In this document: one piece after another, positions 52,373-64,000 of the stretch
Numbering within the stretch: the first letter of the stretch is position 1
Layout of the letters: the number at the start of each line of letters is the position of its first letter
DNA from: Antedon mediterranea
Taxonomy: Eukaryota > Animalia > Echinodermata
NCBI RefSeq assembly: GCF_964355755.1
Contig: NC_092677.1
Span: 16,762,101-16,826,100 of the forward strand
DNA: 64,000 bases
Direction of reading: 5' to 3'
Program-made: the position numbers and the translations under genes
Notes under the pieces: generated by a model
Databases searched by the model: none
Told to the model about the DNA's origin: nothing
What the model saw: only the letters and a program-made list of their open reading frames with translations

Positions 52373-53395
52373 TTATGTAATTATTGACGTCGGTTTTACA
52401 GATATTGTTTTTACTTTGGTTCTGTTTCCATGTATTTTAAAGAATACCTTGTGGGTAATAAAATGCATCGTTTCTTTAAATTCTTGTCGCATCAACTTAC
52501 TTCTACCGGCATAGATAAAGGGATTCACCATAGAATTCGCAACACTCATATAATCTGAAAACCAGGGGTACCAAACAAGCCAAGTGTACCCGTTGTCGAT
52601 GTAACTCTGTACAAACGCTTTAAGTGCCGTTGGTGCTATACAAAGCGTGTACACCACAAGAATTGTAGCGGTTGTCTTGGTGACTTTCATCTCCCGGGTG
52701 ATCACCTTGGTTCCGGTACGCGTGGCTGCTACCTTAGCTTGGTTCGATGCTATTAAAAATACATACACATAAACTATGAACATTGTTGGTATTGTTAATC
52801 CAGCTAATGGGTTAATCACATAAACGTAAGTTGGTGCCCCGTAATATTCATACATGGGTGATTGTCCACAGTCGTATTCGTATGTTATATTTGGCGGCGG
52901 CACAAATATACTAGCTACACCCGTCACAATGAAAGATAAACTTCCAATAATCGTACCGAACACATTTAGAAATACACAAATTCTAAATGCCACTTCAGGA
53001 GACATCCAAGTACAGTATCTAAACGGAAATTTTATTGCTAAAAAGCGATCAAATGTAATTAGAACTAAATTGAGTACAGATACTTGAACGAATACAATAC
53101 ATGGCGCAAAATACCAAATACCGCAATTGATCCGGTAAAGAAACTGTCTCCGAATTAAGAATCCAACAATAGCCACTGGCAGTCCAATAAAACCAGTTAG
53201 AAAGTCAAAAAGTGCTAAAGATGATATAAAAATGTTACTCGCAGTGTTTGATAATCTATGTTTTCGGTAAATGGTAATAAGGATCACTAAGTTTCCAAAT
53301 GACGTAATAAGAATCATAGGTACAGTTAAGCAGATGACAAAGACACACAATCCAAGTGATATATCGCTTTGTATTGATAGATCAACAGTGGCCAT
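52373..53395 (-). CDS. Intronless class A (rhodopsin-like) GPCR, orphan, 340 aa, tandem paralog of 50000-51034
   Basis: GN, LALFD, ITFDRF, CIAP and NSMVNPFIYAGRS motifs; aligns colinearly with the adjacent GPCR (WYFAPC, NITxEYDC, REMKVTKTTA, WYPWF). Confidence 0.93.
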   Translation of the reverse strand: MATVDLSIQSDISLGLCVFVICLTVPMILITSFGNLVILITIYRKHRLSNTASNIFISSLALFDFLTGFIGLPVAIVGFLIRRQFLYRINCGIWYFAPCIVFVQVSVLNLVLITFDRFLAIKFPFRYCTWMSPEVAFRICVFLNVFGTIIGSLSFIVTGVASIFVPPPNITYEYDCGQSPMYEYYGAPTYVYVINPLAGLTIPTMFIVYVYVFLIASNQAKVAATRTGTKVITREMKVTKTTATILVVYTLCIAPTALKAFVQSYIDNGYTWLVWYPWFSDYMSVANSMVNPFIYAGRSKLMRQEFKETMHFITHKVFFKIHGNRTKVKTISVKPTSIIT

Positions 53396-54299
53396 AGTAT
53401 GTACCAGATACAGTTTACGTTATGCTCTTTTCTTTATCGGAACCAGTCAATCAGTCGGTTTAAATTTGTTCTGAGTTCACACGTGTGTGGTACATTTACA
53501 ACGTCATCGTATATATTCCTCTAAAACCAAAAAATCGGAGTTTTATCTGAGGTAGATCGGAGTTAACGACATGAATAAGTTTAACCCAATTTAATTCGAT
53601 GTATACTACAACTTTTTTTCCAAGTATAGAGTTTTGTTACAAAAGCCTTTCTTTATCAGAGTTTTAACGGAGTTAATGACAAGCGAGTCAACTGATCATA
53701 ATAAACACTTTCGTCAGATGTAACTCTGATATAGTTCGTATCAGCTTAAATCCGTGCGTGTGACCACAGGACGCCGTTTGCCACAACAAGATTACATGTA
53801 CGTCACAAGAACGAACTAATCATCCCAACGCAATCTTCATCCACACACAAACTACCAACTGTAGCCTATAAATCAGTGCCGACAATCTTTAACCACTGAA
53901 TGTGCAGGTATACATATTGTATTGGTTAATTATTCTTAGCAAAACCATATTGATTTTTTCTTTTTGCTAATTTATTCATCCTAGACATTTTAATAATTAT
54001 ATTGGTTAATGGTTAGTTTATTGTCGCAGCCTCACAGAACAATAATTATTGTCATTTTATAGTTCTCAATTTAATATACATTGATTGATGGACGATTTTC
54101 ATTCAACTATTCATCTTGTAATTGAGTGAACTGAAATATCACCCGGTGGAAATACTAAAGAAGTACTATAGTTTAATTACAGTATGTGTATCATTCAAAA
54201 TTAGTTAGTATTACACCGAACAGGCATGTGCAGAACCATCTACAATAACATGAAATGAAATAAAATAAATTGCAATACGGTGGATATAGATGCGCCCGC

Positions 54300-56067
54300 T
54301 ATGGCTGTATAGCTATTTACCCGGGTAAAAGTTGGTTCCTAACCCGAAACGTTAGCGATAAACGAGTTACAACAAACTAAGTTACCTGGTTAAACCCAAA
54401 TATTGGCCTGATTATGGCTGTATAGCTATTTACCCGAGTAAAAGTTTGTTCCTAACCAGAAACGTTAGCGATAAACGCGTTACAACAAACTAAGTTACCT
54501 GGTTAAAGCCCTAACATTGACCTGATTATGGCTGTATAGCTATTTACCCGGGTAAAAGTTGGTTCATACAAACAAACGTTAGCGATAAACCAGTTACAAC
54601 AAACTAAGTTACCTAGTTTGATAAAATTAGCCATAAGATTCTGTTAAGTAAATTACATAATTTTGGTATCTGTGATCCAATGCTGGACTGGTTTAAATCC
54701 TACCTATCCTGTAGATCTCAAAGAGTTACATTTAGGGGCTCCACTTCCGAGAATATATTGGTAAAATCCGGGGTTCCTCAGGGATCAGTGATTGGGCCAA
54801 TCCTCTTTAATCTCTTTGTATCCGATCTCCCCTCCTGCATTGAATCACAGATACAACAATATGCTGATGATACTCTCATATACAGAGCCATCAGAAACAA
54901 AAACAAAGATAAAGATAACCATAATGATAATGATGAAATGATCTTGCAGTTGGATCTTCATGCTATTAACAACTGGTGTGTGACGAACAAAATGCTACTA
55001 AATACTGACAAATGTTTTGTGATGCACATAACTAGATCTAACAGTCGCCTTGAACAAGCATGTGATTATTTTATTGGAGATGATAGATTGCCCGTTACAA
55101 ATTCCATTAGATATCTTGGAATTCACCTGAATCGCAAACTCACTTGGGCTGATCATGTCCAAATCTAATCGCATGTTTGGTTTTGTGAGACGCATTGTCA
55201 AATGTCGTGATAAAGCTATTATATTACGACTATATATATCGTTAGTTAGACCATATATTGATTACGGTTTACCTGCCTGGATCCCCTTTCTTAAAAAAGA
55301 CATCGCTGCTCTTGAAGCTGTCCAAAGGAGGGTCACCCGTACCAAGATCAGCATGTCTCTCTTACCCTGAACGTTTGAAACGCCTTAATCTGATGTCCAT
55401 TAACAATCGTATTAGGTATTTATGTATTAATTTTGTTACCAAATGTATGTACAAATTATATGATGTTAAAGTTTTTAAATATTTATCTATTAATTGCAGA
55501 CATGTTAATAACCTTAAGTTGCGCAATAATTTTATAGCCCGGACTGATTTTTTTCATAACTCTGTCTTTAATTTTTTTGTTAGACATTTTAGAGATCTGC
55601 CTGCGGATCTCTGCGACCAACTTTTAATTAATATAAACTGTTTTAAGCATAGCCTTAAGAAATATTTTAATAATCCGTTTTAATCTGAACATATGTATAT
55701 TTTAAAGATATTTTCTTAATTCTATCTTTTTAAATTAACAATTTTTATAAAAACCCATTGCTTAATTTTATAGTTTTATCTCAATTTTAATAGAATCCAT
55801 GTATTATTCATTTTATATAAGTATTTCGATGTGGAGAGCCTCTCGACGGTTATTTTTTATTTATAACTTTTAGGTTATCCGGCCTCATTGACTTACTTTT
55901 GTATTGTTTTTTTTTTTGTACTGTTCTGTATATTGGCGAAATAAATGATGATAGTTAAAGCCCCAATATTGGCCTGATTATGGCTGTATAGCTATTAACC
56001 CGGGTAAAAGTTGGTTCATACAAGCAAACGTTAGCAATAACCGAATCACAACAAAACCAAGTTACCG
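54300..56067. repeat. ~113-114 bp tandem repeat (about 4 units) interrupted by a LINE
   Basis: Unit ATGGCTGTATAGCTATTTACCCGGGTAAAAGTTGGTTC...CTAAGTTACC starts at 54301, 54414 and 54528, and the array resumes in register at 55952-56067. Confidence 0.9.
54619..55951 (+). mobile_element. 5'-truncated CR1/L2-group LINE (RT domain to 3' UTR), frameshifted
   Basis: FDKISHKILLSKL...WFKSYL...SGVPQGSVIGPILFNLFVSDL...QYADDT...RYLGI. Frameshifts near 55160 and 55350. Ends AATAAATGATGA and is flanked by a TAGTT direct repeat (54614-54618, 55952-55956). Confidence 0.9.
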
Positions 56068-59039
56068 AAGGAAAGTATTTATCTTAATTATTATTCACAA
56101 AAAAATGCAATTACATCAAACTACGATCATGTTTATTAACAAAGCCTTGTAAACTTATGTGTGACTTTTAATCAACCAATTCAAAATTTTACCATTTTGA
56201 TTAAAAACAGGTTTATGCATTTCTTAATGTAAAGTTTGTTGTCATGGTAAAAACGCAGTGACGTCAATAATGAGTGGTTGTCATTGAGGCAATGTAATCT
56301 AATAATAATTTGGTTGTAAAATCATTATAAAATATCTTATTAGGACTTCTCGATTTGGGTAGTAATCGACTGGTACACGTCCACTGATATATGCATGTTT
56401 CCAGTAAGTGGACATTGATCATGACGAGATTATTCTCTCCATGTAATGATTTTGATAAATTGTTCGTCACTCATGCCAGAGAACGAACGGCAAAATACCA
56501 CTGAACAAGTTCTCAAATTTGACAGCCGACGTGCCAGTCGACTTGTGCATCTGCATATAAATAAAAATGACGTCATAGGGTATTATCGACAGTGGTGGAC
56601 ATGCAAATTAAAAAGTGCCTATTACTTGCGGTGCGTTTATGTCGTGTCAAATTGGGAACCAATGCAATAATCACGGTCTGCGAAAGGACAATCACCGCAC
56701 TCTTTATATACCACGCGGTACTGAAATGATTTACATTAAATAATCCACATTTATTAATGATGATTCAATAAACAAAAACATTTTAACTGAAAAATGTTTA
56801 ATAATTATTTAATATCAGACGTGAATATGCGACATCACACCTACCTCGTACGCAACGCAAGGACGTAACCGCAAGTAAGTTGACCAATCACGACGCGATT
56901 AATCATCCGAAATGTCGCTTGTGAATAGTCAACCCGCTTGCGTTATGGCTACGTCATTGCGTTGCGTCCTAAGTTGGAACCACAAAGCTTAAGAACAATG
57001 TCGACTATAAGAAGTAGAAAAAAAAACAAACTAAATATGTTTACCTCACCATGCAAAATACACACCAATCACATGCTAAAACATTGCGTTATACACATAA
57101 CGTTATAATTCCGTTAAATTACTATCGTACCAGAATACTACTATCCGAGATTTTACCATTTTAATGATTCACTAAATAATAACGTATATTTTATATAATA
57201 TACAAGATAAGTTACGTAGAGATAAACGTTATACAGACGTACAATTTACGTTTACTTATACACTCATACGTCGTACTTATAATTCACTTTACACGAAACA
57301 AACATGTACACACATTTTATGTATCACAATTATGACGTTAAAACGTAACGCAACCTGTACAAATAATTGAATTACGTCTGTGCTCTATATGAAGCCGTAT
57401 ACAAATTGGCCTAGGCCTACATAAAAAAAATGACAAAATCTGGCATGCATTTGTGTAGCTTCGCTCGTCTTTGATGTACTAACCTAGGCCTAGAAGTTAT
57501 TAAACCATACCACACTCCATCATGTAAATAAGATGCAGTCTTAGCAGACGAATTTGTCGAACGTAACACAGGAATCATAAATATATTACAATTTCAACCT
57601 TTACCCAATTACAACACGTCTGTTTTATTTAACCTACACGATCGATCAATATAGATATTATTATCTATGATGTATAACAGATCGATTGATTATTCGATAA
57701 CCAATACATTAAAAATCTAATTACTATTGACAAAGCATCCAAATTCATTTAAAAAGAAACCTTAATAAAAGCAAATCCCAGATTATAATATTGGAAAACC
57801 GTAAATACCATTACAATGTCAATTTACCGGAAGCACACGAACACTGTAAAGATAAAACAAATTTAAATTGCATTGATCGTTATATAGAAAAGTACATTCT
57901 GTCACATGACACGGTTACAATTAATTAACACAGTCCTTTTTACTAACATAACTCTGATAATCATACTAATGGATGAGTTTAGTCTTTCACAGTCAGTTGC
58001 TTTATGAAGATTTGCGCAACATTTAAAAAACAGACCACCATTACGAATTGTATCAAACTCTACATACAACCAATAACGTCATTCTGAAGTGACATTGGTA
58101 AAATGATTCAACGCAGACGTAGGGGAAAAGCAACACTTCTACCAATCACAAGTGTTGTGATCCTTCGTTTGTGATTGGTCAAATTACTTGTGTTATAGGC
58201 CGGTGCCTAAATCATTTGTGTTATTTTATTTACATATTCACGGTACTAAATACGTAATACTTCATCATTTACTTATTGAGGCTTCCAAATTTGAATTTTA
58301 GAGGTAAAATGTACAAAACAAGTTGCATATCCAATCAAATACTACTGAATGAGTAATGTTTTATATTACGAATATATCACGTATATATAATAATATATAA
58401 TTATGTGTGTGTGAACGGACCCTGAGAAAAAGTACGTAAAATTATGTTTTAAAATTATATTAATTTTGTGAAAATTGTATATATGAAAATTAAAGTTCAT
58501 TCGTTCTTAATTATTTCATCAACTATAAAAATGATTTACGTCATAATGGTGTATTATATGTTTATATACATATGATTTGACATTGTTAAAATAAATAGTT
58601 TTTCTTAATTTATCAATACATTTTAAACAAGGAATCTCGATTTCATATAGGTTAATTAAGATAAGATTATACGTTTAACATTCATTCATAATACTAATCC
58701 ACTGTACTATATTTATTCGCGTCTAGTGCATAGTAATGCAAGAATGGGACCCCTCATTTTGGATATCCCTATCCAGAAAACACCTATTTTAAGGGGACAC
58801 ATTCCCGTAAAGAGAACGAGAGGAAGAATATATATACTACAAACTCCTATTCATGAGATCTAGTACTACTGTAAGATCAAGTGATCGAGAAAGCATTTCA
58901 GGAAGATAACTATTTTTTTGGCAAGGTGCGGCCGATATACTATTTGTATAAAGGTTATAAACACAATACAACCCAAGACTTGTGTATTAATGTGTAATGT
59001 TTCTAACTGTCCTAAACCAATAACCAACTTATTCTTTTG

Positions 59040-59360
59040 CAGAGGTGCCAACTTAAAAGCATGACCAAACCATAGAGGGCGTCACGCTTTTAAAATACAA
59101 TATTCAAACAAAGAGGGCACCATTTAAAGGCTGTAGTCGTCAGAATCTACACTGTATAATTATGTCAGGCGCTTTTTAAGCAACCATAGATGGCGCTAAA
59201 TAACAATACATCAAGACAAAGAGGGCTCTATTTAAAAGTTGTCACGCGTTATCTATTCGTGTGATATGCCAAGGTCTCACAATGACAGGTGCTTTTTAAG
59301 CAACTATAGAGGGCGGTAAAATACAATACATCAAGACAAAGAGGGCGCTATTTAAAAGTG
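59040..59360 (+). repeat. Degenerate ~110-120 bp tandem repeat with two AGA(G/T)GGCG-type cores per unit
   Basis: Cores near 59074, 59112, 59188, 59220, 59308 and 59340; AATACATCAAGACAAAGAGGGC is repeated exactly at a 120-bp spacing. Confidence 0.7.
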
Positions 59361-60172
59361 TCATAATCTGATATGCCTCAATTACAGGCACTTATTAAGT
59401 ATGGCATAAGTAAATTATTTTTGTATATCCAAAACAATCTGGAGACAAAATATTTGGAAACTTTCACTTACAAAAGCTTCACCATTTTGATAAGAATCAT
59501 AAAACAGCTTTCCACAATCATAATTTGCAAATTGCTCATTTTTTCTTTTGTGATATACCACTTTCCTCTATTTCAGTAACATTCTATTTTTTTTATAATA
59601 ATTTAATAAACAAAACATCCCTTTCTTGTTTTGAATAATATATATTCTTCATATATCAAGTTTCCCAAAAAACTTGTCCTAAAAGTTCGTAAATATGTTA
59701 AATATGAAAATTTTAAAGTTATTTTGCGTCATATATTTATAAAATGACGTGTGTGCACAGTAAGGTCTAAGAAAATTTAAGTGTGATAAAGAGTTACAAC
59801 ATTTAAAACATGAATGTTCTGTTCGATATGCGGATACCATTATATGATCAACGCTTTTAAATCCGATTGTATAGGATTTACATTAGTAAAACCAAACCGA
59901 ATGCAATATTGTTTATATGTCAAATTATACAGTATCTGCATAATAAAATGTGTTTACAACAGTATTTAGGTTTAGCAAATATATTAAAAATAAAATACAC
60001 AGAAAATAAAATCTTTACACAAAAGAAAAAAAAAGAGTAAAATATTTTCAAATAAGATAAAACACACATAAAATGAATTTAAATATAAATAAAATCAGTG
60101 TTTTTATCTGTTTTAAGAAACAGGAAATAGGAAAAAATGCAAGAAGAAATTTTGCAGTCGAGGTAAAATACT

Positions 60173-63100
60173 TCAATCATCTTTCTCTTCCTTGACAGCA
60201 ACAAACAACTTCTGGATGTAGACAGTACAAATATCTGCAAAAAATAAAAGACAACATAAATCATATATTCTTATTTTATTTATAAATCAATTTGTAGCTT
60301 TAGTAAACAAAAATGATACAAAGATAACATACAGAAGTCAATGTTTTGGTGTAAGCTTTAACATAGAAATGTTGCTCTAAAGTATAACATGTGGAGAGAT
60401 AAATTCAAAACCGTGAATCAGGAAAAACTATTATTTGAAAACCAGTTTAAAGGCCCATTTATATTAGAACGATCAATGAAAACGAGATAAATTTATGTTT
60501 TTCTTACATAAAACAATTAGTTTTCATCCTAGTACTATTTAGGATAACCATTTACGCTGACAAAAATAATATTTTCACAAGTCACATCAAATGATGTCAT
60601 GATTGTAAGAGCAATAATGTGACAATACGATAATACAATAATTTTGTTGTTCTTTTTAATCATGACACTATTTGATTAATAGATTTTGTATTTATTATTT
60701 TTATCAAAGACAGCATAAATGGTTATCTTATAGACTAGAATCAAAACGTTTCTCTGCTGAATTTTGTCTCAAATCATGATCAAACTCTCCAACAGGTCTT
60801 TCTCTATCTTTCTCTTATTGTTGACAATAGAGAGCTACTGTATCTTAGGCCTAATTCAGTGAGTGTTGTAGTAGGTCAATACCTAGGTTTCTATTGTAGG
60901 TCTGCACGCCTCTGCACCGTTTAAGTCATAACAACACATTCTGCTGCCACCTATAGATTTGTGGTTCTCGTTGGAACACGAAACATACAACATTTTCTAA
61001 CCCACAGACCGGGAACGGAAATGTATTGGTTGATCGAGATATCGAAAGCTCTCTAATAATCAAACTACTTACAAACAAAATCTTTCCAGAATTTTGGAAG
61101 TCCTTGGTAGTAAACAAAAAGTAAATAAACCGGTACACCGGAGAGAGTGATGATAATTCCAATGAGTGTGTCCATAGGAGCAGCCCATATACCCATGACA
61201 ACCAGGAAAATACAGGCTATAAGGAACGATATGGGCAGCAAAAGGTTAACCTGAAGAAAAAGAAAAAAACATCAACATTTAAAATAATTGAATTTTAAGA
61301 AAACATTCATATTATTATACAGTTATACTATTTTCTCTTTATTATCTACTGTGCTGCCCTCTATATGCTAATATTGATTGAAATTGATTGAAATATGAAT
61401 TGATTGAAATTGATTGATTGATTGAAATATATATTTATACTGGGTAACCTCTTCAGTCAAAGACTGGTCTCCCAGAGGGGTGATCAGTGGCTGTGATGTA
61501 CTAATACACCGGGGTAACCCCCTACTCGAAAGATGTACTAGGTTCTTTAAAGTGCACACAAGCTAGATGTGTACACTGGACCTACGGTTTATAGTCCTTA
61601 TCCGAGAAGACTCGTTCTACCACCAGAACCATGGAGTTAGTGAGCCTCGAACCCATGCCGATGTTATGCCTACGTAATTACGGTTCCACTGTCTTAACCG
61701 CTCGGCCACTCACTCACTCACAAATACACCAAAAACAAACAAGTAAATGACTGAAACCCTTATTTAACCTATTCAAATAAAACTCCTTTAAGTGGACAGT
61801 TTCCTGTGACATGAACAAGGGGAAAATTACACTATGGTCAAGCTTTAGTCAGGAGACACTCCTTATCACAGGAACACTGTACTGTGACTTGAAAAAGGGG
61901 AAATATTCACTACACAGACATGCGACACTCTGCCATATCATGGAGACACTTTCTGTCAAATAAACAGAGGAAATATACACTGCACAAGCATTATTCATGG
62001 GACAACTTTTCATGTGAATTGAACACTTTGTAGGGATTGTAGGGGTTCCTCTGAAGTAATTCATGTATTTAGCTCAACATCTGGAGAAGTCCTCATCTAA
62101 AATGGGCCAAGCAGGCCCATTAAATTTCGTCATGGATGAGTTTACATGAAAATTACTTCAAATCTGAAGTGGGCTTCCAAGCCAAGTACAGGTGGCCCTG
62201 GGGTGCACTTTTGTCAGTACATTAAACAAAAAGTACATTTGTTTTTACCTTAATTGGTCTTGTTCTGTCTGGTTCATAAACACGAAGGTACAATAGCGCT
62301 GCAATGGATATTCCTACTGACGTCCATGTCACAAAACTAAAGTAGTTGATTAGAGTTATAATGTTGGGTGACAGAAGGTACATCAGGGACAATATGCACT
62401 GTAAAATAAAACAACACACACACATTGTATTTTACATTTTATCTAATTTAATTGCATGCTTCATATACAGTTTGATACATACAGTATGTTTCAAATATTC
62501 AAGGCAATATTTCATCGGTAGACAAATTATTACATTGGAGGCCACTTGCTACAGTATTTTTTTTCAAAAAGTACATATTAGAGAGTTATTGAAAGACCCA
62601 TGGTTAGCAACACTATTGTAATAATGATGGCACTTTTCCACTAGGCGAATCTGTTCATGGGAATCTTATAGCTTATACAGATGCATGTTCATGTATCCAT
62701 CTTCAAAATCCCTTCCAAATGTGTTTCAGCGAAATTGGTAGTGCAATACTTTATACTCTTTCCGATGAGTTGTTACACCTTTATGAGCATTCATTTATGC
62801 AAATCGCAAATTTCAGCAGGTATGCGATAAAAATGAACATTGATGCTACTCTTGTAGTGAAAAGTAATGCATTTTTCTTTCCTGCGCCTAGTGGAAAACA
62901 GGCTTAAAAGATTTATACACATAAGAATTAAGCCACATTGACCAACAATACATAATAACCTAGTAAGATCTAAAATGACTGTAAGAGCAAATGCTTACAG
63001 TAGTTCCAACCATGACAAAACTAATGGAAACTATAACCTTAAACTTCTAATAGAGCTTCCGCACGTGTATGGTTATATTTATACAGATATGTTGTGAAAA

Positions 63101-63920
63101 AACAGAATTTAGACTATAGATTAAAAATCAAATTTACCGTCAGTACGAGTGATGGTGTTGGTGTCCTGTATTTTACACTGATCATAGCAATGGCATCTGG
63201 AAGATGCCCTTGACGAGCACCGACAAAATAGATTCTGTAAAAAAAAAACAAGTTCTTAAATAATTGGATAATGTCAACATTAGTACAAAACAATTCTATC
63301 AACTATATGGTCCACATATTTAGAAAATCTAAGCTGAAACCATGTTTCTTTATGACAGAGAGACAATAGTTAAACTGCATATTAGATGTCAACTATATGA
63401 ACCAGTTAAGAAATGATTTAACAATACCTTGAAACAGTTAGTTAAGAGTAAACCATTTTACTTTATCTTGAACCAGTTGAAGGTAACACAATTCACTATG
63501 AACCAGTTAACTAAACTATTTTACTTTATCTTGAACCACTATTACTATACCTTAAATTAGTTACAGAAACACTACAGAACCATTTTACTTTATCTTGAAC
63601 CAATTAAGCCATACCTTAAACCAGTTACAGTAACACTACAGAACCATTTTACTTTATCTTGAACCACTCTTACTATACCTTAAATTAGTTAAAAGCAAAC
63701 TATTTCACTTTATCTTGAAACAGTTAATAGTAACCATTTAACTTGAACCAATTAAGAGTAAACTATTTTACTATATATTGAACCAGTTATAGAGTAAAGA
63801 ATTTTATAATATCTACCTTGAACCAGTTAAAAGTAAACCATTTACTCCTCCAAATGTGGATAAAGCAACAGAAATAGGCATGATCCAAGCCATTGGTCCA
63901 AGCAACTTTTGTCCAAAAGT
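60173..63920 (-). CDS. SLC7-family L-type amino acid transporter light chain (LAT/y+LAT-like), 3' five exons: 63920-63817, 63234-63138, 62398-62249, 61250-61073, 60234-60173; 5' part lies beyond the right edge
   Basis: Splices to [64 protein letters not shown]/...LINYFSF...[13 protein letters not shown]...SGVPVY.../[20 protein letters not shown], matching the SLC7A5-A9 C-terminal half. The exact ortholog cannot be assigned. Confidence 0.92.
61370..61718 (-). mobile_element. tRNA-derived SINE with a Deu/Nin-type central domain and (TCAA)n tail, in an SLC7 intron
   Basis: Head GTGGCCGAGCGGTTAAGAC...GGGTTCGAGGCTC. Core TAAACCGTAGGTCC...TTAAAGAACC...GAGTAGGGGTTACCCCGGTGT resembles, from memory, the Deu/Nin domain. 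Microsatellite tail. Confidence 0.75.
63390..63845 (-). repeat. Degenerate minisatellite derived from the 3' end of an SLC7 exon
   Basis: Repeated TTGAACCAGTTAAGAGTAAACCATTTTAC variants; the rightmost unit (63817-63845) is the coding sequence for VNGLLLTGS. Confidence 0.8.
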
Positions 63921-64000
63921 CTACAAAGATAAAAATGGAAAAAATACAGTATACTCTTAATAAATCAGATACATTTTAAAATCTTTATTAAATAGTATTG

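Noticed and set aside
54300-54620. Regular repeats that could be taken for a CRISPR array
   Set aside because: Whole units repeat with no unique spacers, there are no cas genes, and the context is eukaryotic.
61640-61718. tRNA-like sequences (also 43690-43754 and 4790-4880)
   Set aside because: A and B boxes are present but there is no complete cloverleaf, and each runs into a SINE body.

Overview
AT-rich, intron-containing animal genomic DNA (invertebrate; a Deu/Nin-type SINE and tandem intronless GPCRs suggest a marine deuterostome such as an echinoderm, which is inference only). Every host gene lies on the minus strand. From left to right: the 5' four exons of an acyloxyacyl hydrolase (AOAH) gene running off the left edge; a ~46 kb tandem array of mitochondrial-clan (CYP24/CYP27-like) cytochrome P450 genes sharing a 9-exon structure, made of five apparently intact copies, one disabled copy and two orphan exon-1 relics; two intronless class A GPCRs; a ~113-bp tandem repeat split by a LINE; and the 3' five exons of an SLC7 L-type amino-acid transporter entering from the right edge. 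Introns and spacers hold MITEs, SINEs, Helentron-like elements, and LINE and Penelope fragments. Four observations stand out. (1) TAGGCCTA, TAGGCTA and TACAGTA words are abundant, and paralog comparison shows several are 5-6 bp insertions at TA sites, probably transposon excision footprints; one adds two residues in frame to a substrate-recognition segment of a P450. (2) The P450 paralogs differ mainly at substrate-recognition segments and share a Fox-like plus DR1 upstream module. (3) An intronic minisatellite is built from an SLC7 exon end and its splice donor. (4) A cluster of CTCF-like motifs lies between SLC7 and the GPCR/CYP block. All exon coordinates were read by hand and no database search was run.
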